The position numbers and the translations under genes were made by a program. A DNA stretch of 64,000 bases from IMG/VR virus record IMGVR_UViG_3300021256_001754, positions 96,001-160,000 of that record; one strand, given 5' to 3'. The notes beneath the pieces were generated by a model. The model did not search any database. It saw only the letters and a program-made list of their open reading frames with translations, and was not told the origin of the DNA. Below, one piece after another: positions 48,937 to 58,019 of the stretch (position 1 is its first letter; every line of letters starts with the position of its first letter). The DNA is from a virus (Duplodnaviria; Caudoviricetes).

Positions 48937-51900
48937 TTATACAGAAGTTTCATCGTATGGTATACCCAAGATATCCTTTATACTTCTATCTAATTCAACC
49001 AATAGTTTCTGCATACCACCATATATAAGCGTAGATGTAACCATTCGCTTATCTATAGAAGTAACAGATACAAATGCATCTACTGGTTCTTTAGGTCTAA
49101 AGTCTGTATAAGGTGCTTTCTCTTTAGGGATAATAGCATCTATAACTGCTTTATTGGCTGAAAAGTATACGATTTTATCTCCAACAGCGACAGTATCAAG
49201 AAACTCTATAAAGAATTCAACAAAGAATGCATCTTTTGCTTTCTTAAGTTTACCAGATAATTCCAGTTTATAATCTGCAGGAAGCTCATTAGTTTCTATA
49301 CCATTAGCAACTAATTCTTTCTTAAGATCACTTATAGGTTTCTCATATGCTTTAAATATCTTCTGTACAGAAGGAGACATTTCATCTATATCATTTGTTC
49401 TATATAGTCTTATATCAGCTATTCTACCAGTAGTATTAGCTTTAAGACTTCTACGTCCAAATTCTGATACTTCTTCTGCTGTACTTCCAAGAGCTCTAGC
49501 TAAAGCTGTAGCATCCTCTTCGTCGTGTGGATCAGACCAAATAACCAAAGGATCATTAACTTTAACTTCATCTCCTATCTTCGCAAATTTCATGATATCT
49601 GCGTCTTTAGATATAGTAATATCCATCTTCTTGATAACTCTAGATGCTAATTTCTGTGATAGTGATTCTCCACATATACCAGCATCGTCGTATCCACTAT
49701 CAGAATTCATAATACCTATCTTAGCAAGTTTACCAATATCATAAGTTAGCTTATCAGATTCACCGGCTCCCTGAGAGAATGACTTACTATCATAAGCAAT
49801 AATATCATTCTTCTTAAGTTTATAACCTTCTTTAATAAATTTACTTTTATCCAACTTCAATGGTACATAAAATCCACCATCTGAGTTTTTCTCTACTTTC
49901 TCTTTTAGACTAATATAGTCATGTGTACCATCAGCATATTTAACCAGCACCATCTCGTCAGTTACTTTTTCTACAACTCCATCCTGTTTAGCTTTAAAAG
50001 CAAACTTATCGGAAGTCATATAAGGAACAACCTGATCAAATCCATTAGTAACCAATAATGGGTCTGCATATTCAGTACGCATCATATGCTTAGCAGTCTG
50101 AATATAAGTCATATTAGTTCTGTTTGCATCATCTCTAGTTGTACCAAATGGAGTCATAGCTTCTGTTGCTGATAGAGTTTTAGCTGTATTAAACTGACTT
50201 GTATCACCATTGATGGTTTTGATATAACCTCTTTCACCTTCGATATTCATATCTATAGATGCTATACGGTTTATACCTACATTAGCAGAGAAGTTAGTAG
50301 AAGCACCTAATACATTAAGCATCGAATCGTCATAAAGACGTTTATCCAAACTATAAGATTCACTGTTATTCAAACCAGCTTTACCTTTAAAGGTAATTTC
50401 ATTTGTTGTTTCTATTGCTGATAATGCTGATAGAGTAGAACTATCAGAACTTATATCACTAGATAAAAACTTATCTATTACAGCAGATTGTTTAACAAAG
50501 AATTCCGGATTTGTTTTATGAGCTCTTATCTGATATGCATATATACCATATGCTAATCCAAGAGTTTCATATGCATACGCAGCAATCATTTCTGTTCTTC
50601 TAATACGTCTAGAAGCCATATTAGTATGAGCAACAAATTTATTATCAGACAGCAATACATTGCTGTATAATAAGATATCTATAAAATTTGTCGGTAAATG
50701 ATAATGCTTAAGATTCTCATAAGTAATAGGATCTACAAAACAATCATAGAAGTTATACAAACCATCTGCTTTAATACGTCCACCAAAATTATCCAAGAAT
50801 TCAAGATACATATTTCTACTATCTATTTCTGTTACACTAAATAATTCTGTAGAGCAATCATTAAGTCCGTTAAGAAGAAGATAAGCATCGTAAGAACCAT
50901 CAAATTTCAACCATCCATCTGAGAATCTTATTACTCCTGCATCTTCACCTGGTTCTATTTTAGGTCTACTCTTAGTCTGTTCCAAAGTATAATTTATCTT
51001 TGCACGTTTAAGAGTTTCTGTAAGTCCTACTAATAGACCTGTAATAACAACCATAGGAATCTTAGAACTCATAATAGAGCATCTTGTATAAGCACCACTT
51101 GCAGGGGCTTTTGTTTGTAGTACTAATTCTTTGAAATCAGGAGATTCGTCTGCCAGCATATAGAATAGCTCATAACAGAATGAGACACCATGAGAAAAAC
51201 TAGTAAAATATACTGCCTCATGCTTAAATTTGTTTATAGCATAAGGCACTCCTAAACTATCATCTATCTCTGGATATTCTTCATGAATTGTTTCCTGATT
51301 GAAATATATTTTGTAATTCTTTGTTTCTATGGTATCTATAGCAGATGCCATATCGATATAATCTATAGGCAATTCATACTTATTACAAACACGAGTATTA
51401 TCACCTAATCTTACTTTTATATCTTTACCTTCATATTTTGTAAGAGCTTTAATAAGTCTACCAGCCATAGGATAAGTGCGTCCAGTAGATGTATTGTAAC
51501 GCTCTATCATAATCTTCTGATAATTTGATATACACTGACATGTATCCAGATCAGTTTTCAATATAGGCATATTTAAAAGCTGAGTCTTGATAGATTTATC
51601 ATTTCCTCTTAATAAGAAACGATTATCTTTTGCTCTAGGAATATCAAGTTTAATTGTAAATCTTTGCCCTAAAGCATCTTCACAATGACAAGTATACAAA
51701 TCTAATCTATCTTCTGAAGTTGTATGGTCTGTAATTTCAAGTTCTCTTATACCAATAGGATGAGATACTCTTGTGAAATGATAAAAGCTAGCTACAATAT
51801 CTCTATTGAGATCATAGTTTTTATCAAAATTCATATAAGTAAGATTCTTCCACTCTTCGTTAGGGCTAGATATATTAAGTCTTGTAACCTCAAGAGGTTT

Positions 51901-53763
51901 TTCTTCTTCAGAAGAAGCTAATATATCTCTAACAGAACGACCTTTAACTTCGCTATCCAAGAATATCTTATCAAGCTTATTCATTCTAGCTGCTCTAGCT
52001 GGATCTGTAGACTCGGTACCATCAACTGATAAGTTAGCAAGCATACTTTTGATATCTTCAGTATCGTCCATTCTGTCAAGAGCTTCATCTGTATTATTAG
52101 ATTCTTCAGCTGCATCATCTATAGCTCTAGATATAACCTGCATATCGTGTTCCATATCTCTTTGTTTATCTATATCAGCTTTAAGAGATTTGGTTTCCAT
52201 ATCCTTTTTAGCTTCAATTTCATCTGAAGGCATATTATTTTTGGTTGTAGCAGGTACATTCTTACCAGTAAGATCTACACCTTTAGCCAATTCTATCTTA
52301 TCGATAATATTTGCTCTGATAACTTCTTTTGTTTCTTTCTTATTATCAGAATATTCTATATCAACTTCGTCTATATCAAACTCTTCTCTTGCAAGAGTTT
52401 TTCTTACTAATATAGATAAAGTAATAGCAGCTTTTTTAAGATCTTTAGCCTCAATTTCGTTGAGATTCAATCTGAATAAAATATTACTTCCTAAGAATAG
52501 AATATCACAATCAGAGAATACTGTTTTTACTCTACTATCATTAGTAAGCATTAACTGGTAAAGTATAGATATAGGATTTATAGATTGCTTAAATAACCAC
52601 ATTCTTGTAGAAGAATTATTAGTCCAATCGTTTATAGGAATAACAAGTGTCTTCTTTTTATATCCAGCTGATTTTATTCTTGGATCTTGTATTAATCTGG
52701 TAAGAAAATCTAAGAATAAATTGAATCCTCTCTTGCCTTTCCACATAGTATTCTTAAAGAATATTTCTATATAGTAATGCAAATCAATGAATAGATTCCT
52801 AGAGTTATATTTATCCAATTCTGGATAAGCAAACTTAATCTCTGGTATATCAGCTTTAACAGTTTTAAGCATCTCTAATACCTGAGATCTTTTTCTAAGT
52901 CTTTCGTTATATAATAACTTCTTAAGTTGTACATCGTTTGTACTTTCAAATAATATTACCGTATTACCATCAGTAATATAAGAAGTTTCATCTAGCTCTC
53001 TGATATCAATATTAGCAGATTCTAATGTAGACTCATTGACAATATTTATATCCTGCTTTCCATTATCATAAAACGTATGATAGAAATAAGCATGCTCACC
53101 ATATTCTCTAAGAAGATCTTCTGTTCTTCTTAAATCTTTTCTTACCTGTCCTATAACTGCTTCTGTTATCTCTTTTCTTATAGCAGATACAGATACAGAT
53201 GGATTTACAATTATAGATACACAATTCTCTTCATGCACATCATATTGTATACCAACCTCATCTATATTACAACTTCTATCTGCTACTATATCTATAATAG
53301 GAATATCATCTGTTTTATTTACATATACACCTTTCATTTCTGATAATATATCTAAATATACGAGATGATTGAAAGCTTCATATATTTTAGTAATATCGGT
53401 ATTATAACCGTTAAATTGAATAAAGTCCTCTAACAATACAGAATTAGGATAATTTTTGCTTTCTGTAACCAAGCCTGCTGTAACTATATCAGATTCGGTA
53501 GCGTTAGCGATATAATTTTCGTCTTGAACTTGATTTGTAGCAATTTTACCTGACATATAAAAAGAGACATCTCTTTCAAAATAATAAGACTGATATCTGA
53601 GTCTATTTACAAGCATATGATGCTTTATTATACTTTTTGAAGATGCGTAATTAGGAGTGAGAAGTAGTATTGCAGAATGCTTCTTCTTATCATTTTCCAA
53701 AGTAGGCATCAGCATAGGTACTTTGTAGACTTTCAGATTTTTCATCTGGTCTAATAAAATCAT
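48937..53763 (-). CDS. rpoB: Phage RNA polymerase beta-like subunit with long N-terminal extension, probably virion RNAP
   Basis: ANVGINR, DDANRTNM...QTAKH, GYDDA, VGDKI..FSANK; ATG 53763 has AAGGAGG SD and a late-type promoter. Confidence 0.85.
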   Translation of the reverse strand: MILLDQMKNLKVYKVPMLMPTLENDKKKHSAILLLTPNYASSKSIIKHHMLVNRLRYQSYYFERDVSFYMSGKIATNQVQDENYIANATESDIVTAGLVTESKNYPNSVLLEDFIQFNGYNTDITKIYEAFNHLVYLDILSEMKGVYVNKTDDIPIIDIVADRSCNIDEVGIQYDVHEENCVSIIVNPSVSVSAIRKEITEAVIGQVRKDLRRTEDLLREYGEHAYFYHTFYDNGKQDINIVNESTLESANIDIRELDETSYITDGNTVILFESTNDVQLKKLLYNERLRKRSQVLEMLKTVKADIPEIKFAYPELDKYNSRNLFIDLHYYIEIFFKNTMWKGKRGFNLFLDFLTRLIQDPRIKSAGYKKKTLVIPINDWTNNSSTRMWLFKQSINPISILYQLMLTNDSRVKTVFSDCDILFLGSNILFRLNLNEIEAKDLKKAAITLSILVRKTLAREEFDIDEVDIEYSDNKKETKEVIRANIIDKIELAKGVDLTGKNVPATTKNNMPSDEIEAKKDMETKSLKADIDKQRDMEHDMQVISRAIDDAAEESNNTDEALDRMDDTEDIKSMLANLSVDGTESTDPARAARMNKLDKIFLDSEVKGRSVRDILASSEEEKPLEVTRLNISSPNEEWKNLTYMNFDKNYDLNRDIVASFYHFTRVSHPIGIRELEITDHTTSEDRLDLYTCHCEDALGQRFTIKLDIPRAKDNRFLLRGNDKSIKTQLLNMPILKTDLDTCQCISNYQKIMIERYNTSTGRTYPMAGRLIKALTKYEGKDIKVRLGDNTRVCNKYELPIDYIDMASAIDTIETKNYKIYFNQETIHEEYPEIDDSLGVPYAINKFKHEAVYFTSFSHGVSFCYELFYMLADESPDFKELVLQTKAPASGAYTRCSIMSSKIPMVVITGLLVGLTETLKRAKINYTLEQTKSRPKIEPGEDAGVIRFSDGWLKFDGSYDAYLLLNGLNDCSTELFSVTEIDSRNMYLEFLDNFGGRIKADGLYNFYDCFVDPITYENLKHYHLPTNFIDILLYSNVLLSDNKFVAHTNMASRRIRRTEMIAAYAYETLGLAYGIYAYQIRAHKTNPEFFVKQSAVIDKFLSSDISSDSSTLSALSAIETTNEITFKGKAGLNNSESYSLDKRLYDDSMLNVLGASTNFSANVGINRIASIDMNIEGERGYIKTINGDTSQFNTAKTLSATEAMTPFGTTRDDANRTNMTYIQTAKHMMRTEYADPLLVTNGFDQVVPYMTSDKFAFKAKQDGVVEKVTDEMVLVKYADGTHDYISLKEKVEKNSDGGFYVPLKLDKSKFIKEGYKLKKNDIIAYDSKSFSQGAGESDKLTYDIGKLAKIGIMNSDSGYDDAGICGESLSQKLASRVIKKMDITISKDADIMKFAKIGDEVKVNDPLVIWSDPHDEEDATALARALGSTAEEVSEFGRRSLKANTTGRIADIRLYRTNDIDEMSPSVQKIFKAYEKPISDLKKELVANGIETNELPADYKLELSGKLKKAKDAFFVEFFIEFLDTVAVGDKIVYFSANKAVIDAIIPKEKAPYTDFRPKEPVDAFVSVTSIDKRMVTSTLIYGGMQKLLVELDRSIKDILGIPYDETSV

Positions 53764-54212
53764 AACAAAACCTCCTTTTGTAATTATAAAGATGTAAAAC
53801 CACGATAAAAATACCATGAGGGCGATGCATCCCTCATGGTACCAAAACGAGAAGATCGGTAAATGAAAAGAAACCATATATAGCATAAGTTTTATAGGAG
53901 GACCTCACACTATATAATTTATCTTATTGTTCTAATTATAAAACAAACAAAATCCCCGGTGGGGTGGGACCACCGGGGAGTAGAAGCAATAAACTTCTTT
54001 TATTTTGGATTTTTATACGATATACCTCTCTATTTTTTAATCATTGTACCCGCTGTCGTCTAGATAAAATCTAGTCGATTAATCCGGCTCTTTAAGAATT
54101 CTGAGTAATCGCATAAAATAATCGATCCGGAACAAACTATTCCTAATTTTCAGTTGAATCGATATAACCATTATCTTAATGTAAATAGAATTTCTCTTTG
54201 TAAATTTTTACA

Positions 54213-56003
54213 TTAAAATTGTGGTTCTGTAATCATATCCTTATCGTTGTTTAATACCTTTGTGATTACGTATAGAGACTGAATACAGTCATTCTCTGAT
54301 TGTTTGATATTTATACCATCAAGATTCAAGCAGTAACTCTTACTCTTTCTATGGTTAGATAACTCTTGGTTGGATTCTATTGTATATGGAATCTTTAAAG
54401 AAATTGTATCACCATCGTAGTCTCCCATCATACCAGGCATAAATACATTAGACATCTTACATACATCTACAAATTTTGTATCTGTATCTGTATCGATTTC
54501 TTTCTCTGTAATCTTAGGATAATACTTATAGTATTGATGGTTTACAGTTGCTTCTATAGTTTCTGTAGTAGAAGATACTCTAATACCGGTGGTTACAATA
54601 TTAGAACGCTTATCTATAGGATATCTTGTAATCATGGCATTCTTATCTTTAGATTGATCTACAGCAGCCATGAATAATAAATCACACCAAGTAAGCCTTC
54701 TAGAATAAGGATCTGTTGAATTTAGTGATATAGGTTTAATACCATTTGTATCAGTTCTATCACCTTTAAATCTCATAAAATATTTCTTACCGGTTTCAGA
54801 ATCTGTAATTGTAATAGGGATAAATCTATCGTTATATGCATGGATAAATTTCTCTATCTCATTTACAAATCTTTCATCTGAGAATTCTATAAGTGGATCT
54901 TTTGGTTTTATATATTTAATCTCTCCTGTAGAATCTACAACAGGATATAATTCTGTACCTACAAATTCATTTTCAAAGAAACGTCTTAACCAGAATATTA
55001 TAAATGGTCTTAAACAAGCTATACATGCATACAGAGGAACAGCAGCATGATCCATATCAGCCATTAAATCTTCTGGTCTAAATACTTTAACTTCTGGTGC
55101 AGAGATAACAAGTCTAGCAGAATAGTTAGAAGTTTTATTCATAGCAGCTCTTCTAAGAATACCAAACTTCTGTCCTAGCCCAATACCTTTTTCTACTTGT
55201 ACTGTATTATTACTATTACCACAAGCCCAATCATATATAGCAAGAATTATCTCCTGAACTTTTAATTCCATAGCACCACTCATATCGAATCCATATTCCT
55301 GAGTGGCTTTTAATGACTGTACTGCTAATAGTAGTCTCTGATATAGTTTATTGATTCCATCTATACCAACAGTGCCACCTCTACCAGTATTTACGTCTCT
55401 ATAGTATGGTGGAATTACAATATACTTGTTGATAAACATAGACTTTCTATTATACTCTAGATAGTCCACTCTCATATCTCTTTTATGAGAATCTGTACGT
55501 TTAAACTTTATCTTATCGATATTATCTTTGATAAACTTAATACCATTCTTTCCATTTGGATCTGGAGTTAGATAACCTTTATCGTCTATAGAGAAATATT
55601 CTGTTTTAGCAATACACGCTTTTATATTCTTATCTATTCTTGTCCAGTTTTTATAACAAGAAGGATCAAGATAATATTGTCTTAAATCTATATAAGCATA
55701 TATACCAGCACGTTCTTCTCTAGTAATACCAAATATCTTATTGGATAAAAATCCATCATCTGTAGGAGTTCCGTTCTTTTCAAAGAATACAGGATTTGTT
55801 ATCTCTTTACAATCATTTACCTTTACAAACTTATCTACTGGCATTACTTCTAGACGTAAATGCTGAATCTTTTTATTGTATTCTGATTCTGTAAATAAGT
55901 TATGATTGTTATCTATAGCGGTATTAAAATTCTCTATAGCAATTTCAGGATTTATACTAAATTGCTCTTGAAATTCTTGTATAACGGAGTCTAAAAAATT
56001 CAT
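54213..56003 (-). CDS. rpoC: Phage RNA polymerase beta'-like subunit (N-terminal/catalytic part), probably virion RNAP
   Basis: VIPPYYRD, SARLVIS, TRYP, catalytic GDYDGD. Confidence 0.88.
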   Translation of the reverse strand: MNFLDSVIQEFQEQFSINPEIAIENFNTAIDNNHNLFTESEYNKKIQHLRLEVMPVDKFVKVNDCKEITNPVFFEKNGTPTDDGFLSNKIFGITREERAGIYAYIDLRQYYLDPSCYKNWTRIDKNIKACIAKTEYFSIDDKGYLTPDPNGKNGIKFIKDNIDKIKFKRTDSHKRDMRVDYLEYNRKSMFINKYIVIPPYYRDVNTGRGGTVGIDGINKLYQRLLLAVQSLKATQEYGFDMSGAMELKVQEIILAIYDWACGNSNNTVQVEKGIGLGQKFGILRRAAMNKTSNYSARLVISAPEVKVFRPEDLMADMDHAAVPLYACIACLRPFIIFWLRRFFENEFVGTELYPVVDSTGEIKYIKPKDPLIEFSDERFVNEIEKFIHAYNDRFIPITITDSETGKKYFMRFKGDRTDTNGIKPISLNSTDPYSRRLTWCDLLFMAAVDQSKDKNAMITRYPIDKRSNIVTTGIRVSSTTETIEATVNHQYYKYYPKITEKEIDTDTDTKFVDVCKMSNVFMPGMMGDYDGDTISLKIPYTIESNQELSNHRKSKSYCLNLDGINIKQSENDCIQSLYVITKVLNNDKDMITEPQF

Positions 56004-56215
56004 AGTGATGGTCTCCTTTCAATTTATTAAAATGTACCTCCAAGAAACGTTTAATTATTTATCAACATGCATACTTTATATTAATATAGAATCAGCAAGC
56101 TATTGTGGGCCCTCCTTCACCTTTTCCACAATATCCATATCAGATGTTCACCCCCTGATGCTTACTGGTTCTTTATTATGGTTTGTGAAATTTTATAAAA
56201 GGAGAGATTTAATTT

Positions 56216-56548
56216 ATGACGTATGAAGATATCAATAAAATTATAGATAATATTGCACAGAAGCTAGGGATAACTTCTGAATATCTTATCACAGAATATG
56301 GTAAATATCAAGTTAGTTGTGGTGCTACAAGATTAATTGTAGGAATTATATTTATAATAATAACTTGTATTGCCATAATAGTAACTAAAAAATCTGACGA
56401 TGAAGATTTAGGTACGTTTGCTTTTATTATTGGTTTTATCGCTGCTATTATAGGCATTATTTTTATCATAAGTGGATTTACGCTTATTCCTTGGATAATT
56501 TCTCCTACAGGTGCTATTGTACATGAAATTTTATCGAAAATAAGATAA
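56216..56548 (+). CDS. Two-TM membrane protein
   Basis: AAGGAG SD; hydrophobic helices. Confidence 0.7.
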   Translation: MTYEDINKIIDNIAQKLGITSEYLITEYGKYQVSCGATRLIVGIIFIIITCIAIIVTKKSDDEDLGTFAFIIGFIAAIIGIIFIISGFTLIPWIISPTGAIVHEILSKIR

Positions 56549-56577
56549 AAAACCAGGTAGGGTAATTCCTACCTGGT

Positions 56578-57390
56578 TTATTTATATCCAAATTTCTTTC
56601 TATATTCAGCAAATGTAATTTCCATAATAGAATCAGTTACAGTAAAACATTCTTCTACTAATGGGTATTCTTCTGGTAACCAGAAATATCCACCATCTCC
56701 ATAAGAATGTCCCCAGCTATTTAAACATCTCCACCAAAGTTTTCCATTACTATCGGTTCTCCATCCTGTAACTAATATACAATGTCCACCAAAATTGACT
56801 ACATCTTTATCTGGATTATAATTTACAACTCCATCTGATTTTACATTATAAGCAGATTCATATATAGGAATTCCGGTCATAAATCCCATACAAGTTATTA
56901 TAGCTGTCTGCATAGCTTCTCTACTACGACATGCATAGAATCCACTTATTCTATAAGGATTTCCTTTAGCTAGATATTCAGCTTGTTTCTGTTTTACTTT
57001 ATTCATAGCTTCTCTTGTACTACAAAATCCAGGTAAATCAGAATATAATATACTTCCAGCTGTTCTAGCTTTCTTTAAACAGTTTCTCAAATACATTCCT
57101 TCATAAGTCTCAATCGGATCTCTTGTACCATAAGTATATATAGGAGAGAAAGGTTTTGTTAATCCAGACTGTTTAGATTCTTGTAGATATCTAAGACTAC
57201 TAAAAGCACAAGCACAGCATTGATTACTATCTCCTTGATCAAATACATAATTAACTTGTTCTGATTCATAATTAGCAGGTATATCTACAGCTTCTAAAGG
57301 TACATATTCTTTAAAATTCCAATCTCTTCTATCATAAGGTGATTTTAGCCAGCCACTAAAAAATACATTTTGTTGCTGCATATTTATCAT
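56578..57390 (-). CDS. Papain-like C1A cysteine peptidase
   Basis: DQG..NQCCAC, GGHCI, LNSWG, GDGGYFW. Confidence 0.88.
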   Translation of the reverse strand: MINMQQQNVFFSGWLKSPYDRRDWNFKEYVPLEAVDIPANYESEQVNYVFDQGDSNQCCACAFSSLRYLQESKQSGLTKPFSPIYTYGTRDPIETYEGMYLRNCLKKARTAGSILYSDLPGFCSTREAMNKVKQKQAEYLAKGNPYRISGFYACRSREAMQTAIITCMGFMTGIPIYESAYNVKSDGVVNYNPDKDVVNFGGHCILVTGWRTDSNGKLWWRCLNSWGHSYGDGGYFWLPEEYPLVEECFTVTDSIMEITFAEYRKKFGYK

Positions 57391-57478
57391 ATTATTTCTC
57401 TCCTCTCTAAATATTAATTTGATGTGATGGAATTCTATCACATTCTTATAACAATTTATTTTATATAAGGAGGAAAGT

Positions 57479-57979
57479 ATGAAAGAGAAAAAACCTTCAA
57501 TATTTGGTGCTGTATTTAGATTTCTTGGTCAAGATACAACTAAGACAAGACAGATAACTATGGACGATAGAATGAATAGAACCGCAGAAAAATCTATTGA
57601 GTTTATAGATTGGGTTCAGTCATTCACAAAAAGAATTATTGTTGTAGTATTTGCTATATTTATCATTATCGATCTGGTAACTCTTGCTGTAGCAGTTGTT
57701 GCTTGTTTTAGAAATGCAGATAGCAATGCTATAACTATTCTTATTACTGAAACTAACTCTACATTTAGAGATATAGTTGGTGGTTATCTTATAAAAGCAG
57801 CATTCGAAAATGTATCTATGGGTATAGAGAAGATTGTTGCTTATGTAGTGGATAAAAAGGTGGAGTCTAATAGACCAGTAAACGATTTAGATGGTGGTGT
57901 GGAAGATCGTGATATACCTTATAATCCAGAGGTTATGAAAACTTCAGAAGATATGTCTATACATGATATAGTAAAATAA
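57479..57979 (+). CDS. Membrane protein, holin-like
   Basis: One or two TM helices, late-type promoter at 57440. Confidence 0.45.
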   Translation: MKEKKPSIFGAVFRFLGQDTTKTRQITMDDRMNRTAEKSIEFIDWVQSFTKRIIVVVFAIFIIIDLVTLAVAVVACFRNADSNAITILITETNSTFRDIVGGYLIKAAFENVSMGIEKIVAYVVDKKVESNRPVNDLDGGVEDRDIPYNPEVMKTSEDMSIHDIVK

Positions 57980-57986
57980 ACATAAT

Positions 57987-58013
57987 ACCCAGCAGGATAT
58001 TATCCTGCTGGGT
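57987..58013. terminator. Bidirectional terminator (CCCAGCAGG variant)
   Basis: Compensatory T>C/A>G change keeps the stem. Confidence 0.85.
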
Positions 58014-58019
58014 TTGTTG

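Noticed and set aside
53764-53886. ORF-track N-terminal extension of RNAP beta
   Set aside because: It crosses a terminator hairpin; the strong SD and promoter point to ATG 53763.
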